A stretch of DNA of 64,000 bases from Thermoanaerobaculia bacterium (GTDB lineage Bacteria > Acidobacteriota > Thermoanaerobaculia > Multivoradales > Multivoraceae). The position numbers and the translations under genes were made by a program. The notes under the pieces were generated by a model. The model searched no databases, was not told the DNA's origin, and worked only from the letters and a program-made list of their open reading frames with translations. The first letter of the stretch is position 1, and every line of letters starts with the position of its first letter. Shown here in pieces: positions 39,637 to 49,200 of this stretch. The stretch lies in contig OY761158.1 of the NCBI GenBank assembly GCA_963664405.1, positions 1,888,001-1,952,000 on the forward strand, in the 5' to 3' direction.

Positions 39637-41967
39637 GTGACGTTCGAGATCGGCTTCCTCTTCGCACTGCTCATCGGGATGGTCTACCTGTTCCTGACCG
39701 AAAAGCTGCCAGTTGATCTCACCGCGTTTCTAGGCCTCGTTGTACTCATCTTCGGTGGCTATCTGACGGCCTCGGAGGCCTTCACAGGCTTCTCGTCTCC
39801 AGCCGTCATCACCATGCTCTCGGTCTTTATCATCGGCGCGGCACTCCTCGAGACCGGCGTTGCAGACGCGATCGGCGGGCGCATCCACCGAATCGTCGGT
39901 GACGGCGAGGTCCGACTGATCGTGGTGCTGATGTTGGTCTGCGGCACGCTGTCGGCGTTCATGAACAATATCGCCGCCACCGCGGTGCTGATGCCCGCGG
40001 TCGCCACCATCGCGCGACGCTCCGGGCTGGCGCCGTCGAGACTCTTCATGCCGATGGCCTTCGGCGCCATTCTCGGCGGCACAACCACCCTGGTGGGCAC
40101 GCCACCGAACATCGTAGCGGCCCAGGTGATGGCCGAGCGCGGGCTGGAGCCCTTCACTCTCTTCGACTACACCCCGATCGGCGTGGCTCTGCTCGCGGTC
40201 GGCTGCGTATTCGTCGCCACTATCGGCCGCAAGCTCCTCCCCGTACGCGAGACCCGAGGGCCGGCAGGGACCAAGGCAAGCGATCTGACGCAGGTGTATC
40301 AGCTCGACGAGCGCTTGTTCTCGATTCGCATCCCTCCACAGTCGCCGCTCGACGGGCTCACTCTGTCGGAGACCCGACTCGGCAACACCCTGGGCATCAA
40401 AGCGCTGGCAATCGTGCGCGAAGGCAACGAGCGCCTGGCTCCCGAGGGAGATGCGGTGCTGCGTCAAGGCGACGTGCTCTTTGTCGACGGCTCCGCGGCG
40501 GACCTGGAGGAGCTCTTGCGTCTGCAGAGTCTCGAGGTCGAAGAGGCCGAGCTCAGCGACCTACCGACCCCCGCGGCCGGCGTGACCGGCATGCGAGTCG
40601 AGATCGGATCGGCATCGGCATTGACCGGGCACTCGTTGCGCGATCTGCGTTTCCGTGAGCGCTTCGGTCTGGTGGTGATCGGGATCCGGCACAACGGGCT
40701 CCTGCAGCGCGCCAATCTTGCCAGACATGAGTTTGCCGAGGGCGACGAGATCTTCGCCTTGGCAACCGAGGAGAACGCCGAGAAACTGCACGCGGACCCT
40801 GACTTCGACATCTGCGAGCTGGGGCTGAGCGCGATCCGTGAGCTGAGCGATCAGATTTTCCTGATTCGGATCCCCGACGGCTCGAGTCTGGTTGGTGCGA
40901 CTATGAGCACCAGTCGCCTCGGCAACTTGGTCGGCTTGACCGTGGCCGGGCTTGTACGCGGTGAAGAGACCCGGCTCGCGGTCGACCCCGACGAGGTGCT
41001 TGAGGCGGGCGACCGGCTGATCGTCAATGCGGAGCCTTCGCGAATCCTGACACTGGTGGAGCTTGGCGACGTCCAGATGCAGCGGGAGGTTAGCGCCTCG
41101 CTCGAGTCGCCAGACGTGGGCATGGCCGAGGTCGCGGTGGCACCTCGCTCGAGCCTGGTCGGGAAGACCATGAAGAAGTTGGACTTCCGCGATCGCTACG
41201 GCCTTTTGGTGCTGGCCCTGTGGCGGCAAGGGAAAGCGCTTCATGTCGACTTCAGCGACATGCCCCTGAATTTCGGCGACGCCATCCTCCTGCACGGGTC
41301 TCGCGACAAGATCCGAAAACTGTCGGCCGATCCCGACTTCGTCGTCTTCTCGGCCGATGATCAGGTTCCGCGGAGCACCCGCAAGGCCCCTCACGCCTTT
41401 GCCGGCCTGCTGTTGATGATCGGGCTTGTGGTCACCGGCTTTCAGCCGATTCATGTCGCCGCCTTCACTGCAGCCTCGGTGGTGCTGTTGATGGGGGCCC
41501 TGAGCATGCAGCAGGCCTATCGGGCGATCGAGTGGCGGGCCATTTTTCTTGTTGCGGCGGTGTTACCGGTAGGCATGGCGATGGAGCGCACCGGCGCGGC
41601 GCTTCTGCTCGCCGACAGCGTGACGGCGATCGCCGGCGACGCCGGCAACCACGCGATTCTGGCCGCCCTTGTGATCCTGGCAAGTCTGCTGAGCCAGGGC
41701 CTCGACGGCGCACCCGCGGTCGTACTGCTCGCGCCGGTTGTGATGAGCACCGCCGAGGGCCTCGGCATCAGCCCACGCCCCCTGATGATGGGTGTCAGCC
41801 TGGCCGCCTCCGCCGCCTTCATGACCCCTTTCAGTCACAAAGCCAACCTGCTGGTGATGGGTGCCGGCGGCTACCGCGTCAGTGACTATCTGAAGATGGG
41901 AACGCCGCTCACCGTCGTGGTGATTGGGATGCTTGTGGTCCTCGTTCCAGTGTTCTTTCCTTTCTGA
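39637..41967 (+). CDS. SLC13-family permease with four TrkA-C (RCK_C) domains
   Basis: SAFMNN, GGTTTLVGTPPN, four S.L.G.T/S repeats and FMTPFSHKANLLVMGAGGY. Confidence 0.9.
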   Translation: MTFEIGFLFALLIGMVYLFLTEKLPVDLTAFLGLVVLIFGGYLTASEAFTGFSSPAVITMLSVFIIGAALLETGVADAIGGRIHRIVGDGEVRLIVVLMLVCGTLSAFMNNIAATAVLMPAVATIARRSGLAPSRLFMPMAFGAILGGTTTLVGTPPNIVAAQVMAERGLEPFTLFDYTPIGVALLAVGCVFVATIGRKLLPVRETRGPAGTKASDLTQVYQLDERLFSIRIPPQSPLDGLTLSETRLGNTLGIKALAIVREGNERLAPEGDAVLRQGDVLFVDGSAADLEELLRLQSLEVEEAELSDLPTPAAGVTGMRVEIGSASALTGHSLRDLRFRERFGLVVIGIRHNGLLQRANLARHEFAEGDEIFALATEENAEKLHADPDFDICELGLSAIRELSDQIFLIRIPDGSSLVGATMSTSRLGNLVGLTVAGLVRGEETRLAVDPDEVLEAGDRLIVNAEPSRILTLVELGDVQMQREVSASLESPDVGMAEVAVAPRSSLVGKTMKKLDFRDRYGLLVLALWRQGKALHVDFSDMPLNFGDAILLHGSRDKIRKLSADPDFVVFSADDQVPRSTRKAPHAFAGLLLMIGLVVTGFQPIHVAAFTAASVVLLMGALSMQQAYRAIEWRAIFLVAAVLPVGMAMERTGAALLLADSVTAIAGDAGNHAILAALVILASLLSQGLDGAPAVVLLAPVVMSTAEGLGISPRPLMMGVSLAASAAFMTPFSHKANLLVMGAGGYRVSDYLKMGTPLTVVVIGMLVVLVPVFFPF

Positions 41968-41989
41968 GAGAAACATCAGCCCGCGGCCC

Positions 41990-42155
41990 CTAGACCAGCG
42001 TTTCCAAAGTTCGCGCACATATCTCGGCCCCTTCTGCCCGCTGGCTGCGTTTCGCCTCCTCGACATATTGCCCAATATGCCTGCGTCGGCGCGCCTTGCC
42101 AGCGAACAGAATGAGCTCGAGCTATGCAGCACGAACTCTGGAAGCGCTGGTCTAG
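41990..42155. mobile_element. 166-bp CTAG-bounded palindromic MITE-like element (family B, copy 2)
   Basis: Inverted ends CTAGACCAGCGTTTCCAAAGTTCG and CGAACTCTGGAAGCGCTGGTCTAG; same length and core as 24221..24386. Confidence 0.8.
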
Positions 42156-42553
42156 CCCGTGAGCTCGGGGAGAGATAGAGTGAGTGTCAACTTATGTTGA
42201 TGGCTGCGAGAAAGCGCATCCCGTTGGCTGCGAGCGCAGTTTCCGGGATGGAGTGAGCTGAGGGCTTCGCGACCGCGGGAAAGCTAGGCCTTCTTCAGGA
42301 AGGGCGGCATCATCCCGCCGGAACGGCGGTCCGGGTGCGTGGTCCCGGCGGCGTGTTTGCGGTCGGAAGAGATGCGTGAGTCGGTGTAGGGCTTTGCAGT
42401 GCGGGCTCTGCTCTGATAGAGCAGGCCGACCAGAGACGGCGAGAGCCCGGGAAAGCGAAGTAGAAAACGCCCCGGGCTCTGCCCCAAACCGCAGCATTAG
42501 CTGCGCTTGCAGTATGGCAGAGAGTCGGGGTCGTCGTCGAATGGGAGGCGACG

Positions 42554-42949
42554 ATGCGACCGGACTACCGACTCTTCGACTGTGCTCGATGCCGTCGGCG
42601 TATCTCGCTGTGCTCGCACTGTGACCGTGGCCAGCGTTACTGCCGGGCTTGTGCTCTGGTGGCTCGTCGGGAATCGACTCGGGCGGCCGGCCATCGGTAC
42701 CAGCGAAGCCTCCGAGGTCGGCATTGTCATGCCGCCCGTCAGGCCCGCTACCGTCGGCGCCAGCGCGAGCGGGCAGAGAAAGTGACGCATCAGGGTACCC
42801 CAGGCGGTACTTCGGGGAGGACACTGTGTCGGATCGAGACTCCGAGGCGCGAAGTGCGCTACGACCCGAGGAATCCGCGATGCATGCAGTGTGGAGAGGC
42901 CTGCCGAGAGTTTGTGCGAACGAGCTTTCGTCGTTGCCGACGGAGATAG
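42554..42949 (+). CDS. IS-borne Cys-rich basic protein (putative zinc-binding)
   Basis: GGGAGG RBS; CARC-x6-CSHC-x6-CRAC, an Arg-rich helix and CMQC; ends 4 bp before istA. Confidence 0.7.
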   Translation: MRPDYRLFDCARCRRRISLCSHCDRGQRYCRACALVARRESTRAAGHRYQRSLRGRHCHAARQARYRRRQRERAEKVTHQGTPGGTSGRTLCRIETPRREVRYDPRNPRCMQCGEACREFVRTSFRRCRRR

Positions 42950-42953
42950 GGGC

Positions 42954-44462
42954 GTGATCGACGCACAGCTGCGCGGGGAGATCCGTCGTCTGTTCCTGGT
43001 CGAGAAGTGGAAAGTCGGCACGATCGCTCGACAGCTACAGCTGCACCCCTCAACCGTGCGCCGGGCGCTGGAGAAGTCCGGCGTGCTACCCCAGCAGCGA
43101 CGAGGGAGGATGATCGATCCTTACCTGCCGTTCATCGAGCAGGTGCTCGGGACCTACCCACGACTGCCGGCGAGCCGTCTCTACACCATGGTGGTGGAGC
43201 GCGGCTATCCAGGAGGCCCGGATCAGTTTCGCCACCTGGTGGCCTCGATGCGACCGAAGCCCCAGCGCGAGGCGTTTCTCTCGCTGCGCATGCTGCCAGG
43301 AGAGCAGGCGCAGGTCGACTGGGGCCACTTCGGTCGGCTCCGCGTCGGCCGGGCACATCGTCGGCTCTATGCCTTCGTCTTCGTGCTGTCGTTCTCGCGC
43401 ACGGTCTTCGTGCACTTCACCCTCGACACTCGTCTCGAAACCTTCTTGCACGCTCACCAGCTGGCCTTCCACTACGTCGACGGCGTCGTCAGGACCGTTC
43501 TGTACGACAACCTGCGAACCGCGGTGATCGAGCGGCAGGGAACCGCGGTGCGCTTCCATCCCGTGCTGCTCGATTTCGCCAGCCACTACGGCTTCCTTCC
43601 CACCGTCGCCGCGGTGGCTCGGGGAAATGAGAAAGGCCGCGTCGAGCGCGCAATCCGCTTCCTGCGAAGCTCGTTCTTCGGCGCCCGAACGGTGAGCGAT
43701 TTGGATCGTCTGAATCGGCAGGTCCTGGAATGGTGCCAGAGGTCGCAGCGCAGACCCTGGCCGCAGGACCGACAGCGAACCGTGAAAAGCGCCCTGGCCC
43801 AGGAACGACCTCGACTGCTTGAGCTTCCCGGAGACGACTTCGAAACCGACCTGCGACTGGAGATCAAGGTCAGAAAGACGCCGATCGTGCGCTTCGACCT
43901 CAACGACTACTCGGTGCCGCACAGTCATGTGCAGAGGACCGTCACGCTCCTCGCCAGCGAGCATCGGGTGCGGATCCTCGATGGCCAGGAGCTCCTCGCC
44001 GAGCACCCTCGCTCGTACTCCCGGGGCGAGCAGATCCTCGATCCTCAACACCTCGAGGAGCTCCTCGCTCACAAACGCAGGGCCCGACGACACCGGGGCT
44101 TCCATCGGCTGTTTTCCGCTGTGCCTCGATGCGAAGAGCTGATGCAGCAGCTCGCCGAGCGAGGCGAGAACCTCGGAACGCAGACCGCCGGCCTGCTCCG
44201 ACTCCTGCGCCAGTACGGCCCCCAGCGACTCGACAAAGCCGTGCGCGAAGCGCTCCTGAACCACGCACCGCGATTCCAGTCCGTCCGGCTCCTACTCGAA
44301 CGGCACCAGCGCGGCCTCGGTCAGCCCCCGGCTTTACCGGTGCCGCTCAGCCAGGAGCTCCAACAGCGAGATCTCTCCGTGAGACCGCACAACCTCGAGG
44401 ACTACGACCAACTTGGAGGCAACGACGATGGCCCGACCCAGGAAGAGTCCAACGATCCCTGA
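42954..44462 (+). CDS. istA: IS21-family DDE transposase
   Basis: N-terminal HTH (TIARQLQLHPSTVRRAL), PGEQAQVDWG, LYDNL, KGRVER and NDYSVP motifs. Confidence 0.95.
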   Translation: MIDAQLRGEIRRLFLVEKWKVGTIARQLQLHPSTVRRALEKSGVLPQQRRGRMIDPYLPFIEQVLGTYPRLPASRLYTMVVERGYPGGPDQFRHLVASMRPKPQREAFLSLRMLPGEQAQVDWGHFGRLRVGRAHRRLYAFVFVLSFSRTVFVHFTLDTRLETFLHAHQLAFHYVDGVVRTVLYDNLRTAVIERQGTAVRFHPVLLDFASHYGFLPTVAAVARGNEKGRVERAIRFLRSSFFGARTVSDLDRLNRQVLEWCQRSQRRPWPQDRQRTVKSALAQERPRLLELPGDDFETDLRLEIKVRKTPIVRFDLNDYSVPHSHVQRTVTLLASEHRVRILDGQELLAEHPRSYSRGEQILDPQHLEELLAHKRRARRHRGFHRLFSAVPRCEELMQQLAERGENLGTQTAGLLRLLRQYGPQRLDKAVREALLNHAPRFQSVRLLLERHQRGLGQPPALPVPLSQELQQRDLSVRPHNLEDYDQLGGNDDGPTQEESNDP

Positions 44463-45222
44463 CGAACCACTACGAGAGCTCGCCCGATCCCTCGGCTTCT
44501 ACGCCCTCGTCGACGACTGGGGCACCTACCGAGAACAGCCCTGGCTCGAACAGCTGCTGCGCAAAGAAGAGGCCGAGCGCAAACGGCGCAGCCTCGAACG
44601 GCGCATCCGCACCAGCCGCGTCGGGCTCTTCAAGAGCATCGCCGACTTCGACTTCTCCTGGCCCCAGCGCATCGACCGCGAGCAGATCCAGGATCTGCTC
44701 ACCCTCCAATTCCTCGACGACATCACCAACGTCATCCTCCTCGGACCCAACGGTGTCGGCAAGACCATGATTGCCAAGAACCTCCTCTACCAGGCGCTGC
44801 AACGAGGGGCCACCGCCAGCTTCGTCACCGCCTCCGACATGCTCAACGATCTCGCCGTCCAGGAAACCCCCTCGGCGCTCCAGAGAAGGCTCTCCAAATA
44901 CACCCGACCCTCGCTTTTGGCAATCGATGAGCTCGGCTATCTCTCCTACGACCACCGCCACGCGGATCTCCTCTTCGAGGTCGTCTCCAGGAGATACGGC
45001 AACAAGCCCATTCTTCTCACCACCAACAAGCCCTTCGCCGAATGGGCCGAGGTCTTTCCCAACGCCTCCTGCGTCGTCACTCTCGTCGATCGACTCACCC
45101 ACCACGCCGAGATCGTCAAGATCGAGGCTAACTCCTATCGCCGCAAGGAGGCCAAGGAGGCTGCTGAAAAAAAGGCCAAGGACCGCGCCAAAAGGCGGAG
45201 CGCAGCACGACGACGCTCATGA
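44428..45222 (+). CDS. istB: IS21-family AAA+ helper ATPase
   Basis: DFDF, GPNGVGKT, LLAIDELGY, TTNKPFAEW, DRLTHHA and SYR motifs. Confidence 0.95.
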   Translation: MARPRKSPTIPDEPLRELARSLGFYALVDDWGTYREQPWLEQLLRKEEAERKRRSLERRIRTSRVGLFKSIADFDFSWPQRIDREQIQDLLTLQFLDDITNVILLGPNGVGKTMIAKNLLYQALQRGATASFVTASDMLNDLAVQETPSALQRRLSKYTRPSLLAIDELGYLSYDHRHADLLFEVVSRRYGNKPILLTTNKPFAEWAEVFPNASCVVTLVDRLTHHAEIVKIEANSYRRKEAKEAAEKKAKDRAKRRSAARRRS

Positions 45223-45575
45223 CCCGAAGCCACTATCGGCGCCAGCTCCTCCGCCTCTATCGACTCCTTCCCGACACCCCGCACCGCTTCCACCACGGCG
45301 ACCGCGTCATCGTCGACCAGCTCTTCGACCAAGACCTGCCTCTCACCGTCCTCCAGGCCGCCCTCCTCCTCGGCTCCGCCCGACGCGCATGCCGAGATCC
45401 GCGCCTACCAAAGCTCCAGCCCATCCGATCCCTCGCCTACTTTCTCCCCATCCTCCGAGAACTCCCCACGACGCCACCCCCCGAGGGGTACCTCGACTAT
45501 CTGCGCCACACCCTGAGTCACGCCTCGCGGGGACAAAAAACCGACTCGCAGCCAACTAAGTGCGCTTTCTCGTAG
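45219..45575 (+). CDS. IS-borne small helical hypothetical protein
   Basis: ATGA-coupled to istB; LYRLLPDTP...AALLLGSARR...PIRSLAYFLPILREL; the stop lies inside the right inverted repeat. Confidence 0.7.
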   Translation: MTRSHYRRQLLRLYRLLPDTPHRFHHGDRVIVDQLFDQDLPLTVLQAALLLGSARRACRDPRLPKLQPIRSLAYFLPILRELPTTPPPEGYLDYLRHTLSHASRGQKTDSQPTKCAFS

Positions 45576-45590
45576 CCGGTAACAACTTAC

Positions 45591-46208
45591 GTGACTCGCT
45601 CATCGAGTACAGAGATCAGTGGGGTGCTCGCGGCCATCCGCGCCGGCAACGAGGGTGCGGTGGATCGTCTGGTGCCCCTCGTCTACGACGAGCTGCGCAA
45701 GCTCGCCGGAACCTTCCTGGCCAACGAGCGTCCGGGACACACCCTCCAGCCCACGGCCCTCGTGCATGAGGCCTATCTGCGCCTCCTCGGCGACGGCCGG
45801 CCTCCGTGGAACGACAAAGCCCACTTCTTCCGAGCCGCGGGGCAGGCGATGCGCCGCATTCTCATCGAGCGAGCGAGAGCGCGGGCGCGCCACAAGCGCG
45901 GTGGCGACTGGCAGAGAGTTTCGCTCGACACAGCCATCGAAGGCGATCTTCCGCGGCCGGAGTCGCTCCTCGACCTCGATCGTGCTCTTTCGCGTCTGGC
46001 GAAAATCGACTCTTCCATGGCAGAAGTGGTCGAGTTGCGCTACTTCGCGGGACTGACAGTTGAGCAGATAGGGAACGCACTCGAGGTGTCGCCCCGCTCG
46101 GTACAGCGGCTGTGGACCGCAGCGCGTGCCTGGCTGCACGCCGAGCTCACACCCTCGGTGCGGCGCGACTCCGATGGCGCATCTCTCGCCGTTTCGTCGC
46201 TTGAGTAG
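45591..46208 (+). CDS. ECF-type sigma factor (kinase-associated, ECF43-like)
   Basis: LVYDELRKLA, TLQPTALVHEAYLRL, AMRRIL, VVELRYFAGL and WTAARAWL motifs. Confidence 0.92.
   Translation: MTRSSSTEISGVLAAIRAGNEGAVDRLVPLVYDELRKLAGTFLANERPGHTLQPTALVHEAYLRLLGDGRPPWNDKAHFFRAAGQAMRRILIERARARARHKRGGDWQRVSLDTAIEGDLPRPESLLDLDRALSRLAKIDSSMAEVVELRYFAGLTVEQIGNALEVSPRSVQRLWTAARAWLHAELTPSVRRDSDGASLAVSSLE
46175..46207 (+). promoter_or_regulatory. Putative ECF promoter TGGC-N19-CGCnT upstream of kinase 1
   Basis: TGGC gcatctctcgccgtttcgt CGCTTGAGTA; same spacing as the sites at 50401..50433 and 61226..61254. Confidence 0.5.
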
Positions 46209-46270
46209 ATAAAAGGGAGAGTGGTCACGGCGTAGCTAAGCCGGTCTCACCCACTCTCGACTCGACTCGA

Positions 46271-49200
46271 ATGACCGAGCCCATCGTCGACTGGCCACGG
46301 GTCTGGGAGCTCTTTCACCAGACTCTGGACCTGCCGCCGCAAGAGCGGCGATCTCTTGTCGAAGCGACTCGCGCCAGCGACCCGGGTCTGGCCACCGAGA
46401 TCGAGCGCCTGCTCGATAGCCACGAGACGAGTGGACTGCTCGATCAGCCTCTGCTGGTAGACGACGAGAGCGCGCCGGAGCCCGAAGCGGGTCTCGACCC
46501 AGGCCTGGTCCTCGCCGGCCGCTTCGAGGTCGTACGCGAGATCGCCAGGGGCGGCATCGGACGAGTCTACGAGGCCCGCGACCGCGAGCTCGACGCCCGC
46601 GTCGCGGTCAAGGTGCTGCGACCCTCGATCGCCGGCGACGCGAAATCGCGAGAACGCTTCCGCCGCGAAGTCCAGCTCGCCCGTCAGGTCACCCACCGAA
46701 ACGCCTGCCGGCTCTTCGACCTGGTGCATGACAAAGAGATCACTTTCCTGACCATGGAGTACCTCGATGGCGAGACGCTGGCGGATCGGCTACGCCAGCA
46801 CGGTCCGCTATCGACCCAAGAAGCGCTCTCGATCGCCAAGCAAGTAGCTGCAGCGCTCGATGCGGCTCATGCGGTCGGGGTCGTCCATCGTGACCTCAAA
46901 ACCGGCAACGTGATGTTGGTCGACGAAGCGGACGCAACACGGGCCGTGGTCACCGACTTCGGACTAGCAAAAGTATCTGGCGACCAGCTCGCACCGGCGC
47001 AGGCCGGCGGCGACCCCCACGGGCGCCTAACCGAGGCTGGGCAGGTGGTCGGCACTCCCGCCACCATGGCTCCAGAGCAGCTGGCAGGGGGCGAGATCAC
47101 ACCCGCCACCGACCTCTGGGCGTTCGGCATGCTGCTGCACGAGATTCGCACTGGGAGCCTGCCGGTGCGAACGACACCTGGTCCAGACGGAGGAGAGGGT
47201 ACGCCGCTGCCGTTGCAGGCTGAGCTGGATCGCCCCTGGCGAAATGCGATCGCGGCTTGCTTGGCGGCCGATCCCATCGATCGACCGCAGAGCGCCGGGC
47301 AAGTGCTCGCCATCCTTTCGGGCGAGGAGTTCGCATCGGGGAGAGCTCGCCCCGGCAAACGCTTCAGAGGTTTCCTTGCCACAGCGGCGGCGGCGGTTCT
47401 CCTGGCGACCCTCGGCGTCATGATCCAGAACAAAGTGCTGGCGCCGGGTCGCACGACCGACACGGCCCAGCAGGCTCTGTCTCTCGAACAGCCCGCCTTC
47501 GTCCTCATCGCCGACTTCGACAACAACACCGGCGAGGAGCTCTACGACGGGGCGATTGAAGCGGCACTGCGAGGCGAGCTCGACAGCTCGGGCTATGTGA
47601 ACGTCGCGACACCCTCTCTCGTTGCCGGAGCTCTGCGCCTGATGCGCCGCCCGCTCACAACGCCGATAGATCGCCGGGCAGCGCGGGAGATCTGCCTGCG
47701 CGACGGGGGCATCAAGGCATTTCTCATCGGTGACATTTCCCGGCAGGGCTCGGCCTTCGTCCTCAACGTCGACGTAGTCGAGCCGAACGAGGATGTCTCG
47801 ATCGCAAGTTTCACCGAAGAAGCCACCGAGGCAGAGCTCGAGACGGCGTTGGCCAGGCTATCCAGTCGTGTGAGCGAGGGCATAGGCGAGGAACTCGCCC
47901 AGATCCAGCTCAGCGACGCGAAACTGAGCCGAGTCACGACACCGTCGCTTCGCGCCCTCGGGCTCTACTCCGATGGAGACGCTGCCATGCGACGCGGGGC
48001 ACTCAACGCTGCTCAGCCCCTTCTTCGTGCCGCGATCGACGAGGACCCCGAGTTTGCATCGGCCTACAACCACCTCGCCTGGGCGCTCTTCAATGTGAAT
48101 GTGGGCGCTCACGCGGCTCTTACCACCCAGCTGACGCCCGAGACCCGCGGAGCCTGGGCCGAGACGATGGCCGAAGTGCAAACCTACTCCGATCGAGCTA
48201 TTGCGCTCGCACCTCTAGCAACCGAAGTCGAGCGCTACTTCATCCGCGGTAGCGATCTAAGTCGTCGAATTTCGGGCCTGGGCGCTGGAAGAAACGAGCT
48301 ATACAAAGAAGCAATAGGGCAATACGAAGCGACCCTCGAGCTGGAGCCCGACCACTTCTGGTCGGCCAGAAATCTAGGTGCTCTGGTCGGGGCTCCGATG
48401 ACCCAGGGCGGCTTTTCAGCCTGGACCTGGGGACCACAGGCATGGCGGCATGCGAGCCTCTACCCGAACGACCTAATTGCCAACATATCGGCCGCCAGCA
48501 GTTACGTGCAATTCGGATATCGTTCTCAAGCGCGTAAGCATGTGGCGCGGAGCCTCGAGCTCAGGCGAGAATCGCAATCCGGTCCAATCTTGGTGTGGGC
48601 CCGCTTCTTCTCGGTGCACGAAGCGTGGATGGCAGGTGACCTCGAACAGGTTCGCGCCGAATTGGAGCGCCTCGAGGGCGGTCGAGTGCCACCCGGCAGC
48701 GGGGACATGAAGCGCGACTATTTTGCTAACTGGTACCGAGCTCTGGGAGTGCAATGGAACGACTCGCGTTGGACCTCCGAGCTACTCCCGACCTCTCTCC
48801 GTTGGAGCCGAGGTACGGCTGCCTACTACAGGGGTGACCTGGACGATCTTCAGCTCGCCTTCGACGCCAGCTTCCTGGACTACTCTGGTATGAGTCTCGT
48901 CCTCGAGCCGGTAAGGATCTGCTACCTGGCACAGATCGGGCTGGTATGGGAGGCTCGACAGGCGCTGACGGAGCTTCAAGCGATCGAACACCTGTCCGGG
49001 GATCTGCCACACGGCTTCCCTATGCCGCCGCTCGGGCCCGTGCTCGAGGTCGTGGAGGGGCGGGTGCTGGCTGCTGAGGGAAAGGGAGGGCGGGCAATCT
49101 CGCTACTCGAGAATGCTCTCCCGCGTTTGCTCCAAAACAGCGGCACTTTGCGGGGCTATGGCGGTGCAGTTCCGAGTTACTTCGAGGGGGCGATGGGGCT

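Larger units (their letters stand above)
42195..45584 (+). mobile_element. IS21-family element, 3390 bp, with four ORFs
   Basis: TG...CA ends with ~40-bp imperfect inverted repeats (TGTTGATGGCTGCGAGAAAGCGCATCCCGTTGGCTGCGAG vs TGTTACCGGCTACGAGAAAGCGCACTTAGTTGGCTGCGAG). Target duplication ACTTA at 42190-42194 and 45585-45589; encodes istA and istB. Confidence 0.95.

Noticed and set aside
42195-45584. CAST or Tn7-like element
   Set aside because: No Cas, TniQ or TnsA motifs and no array. The transposase and ATPase motifs and the end structure are IS21-type.
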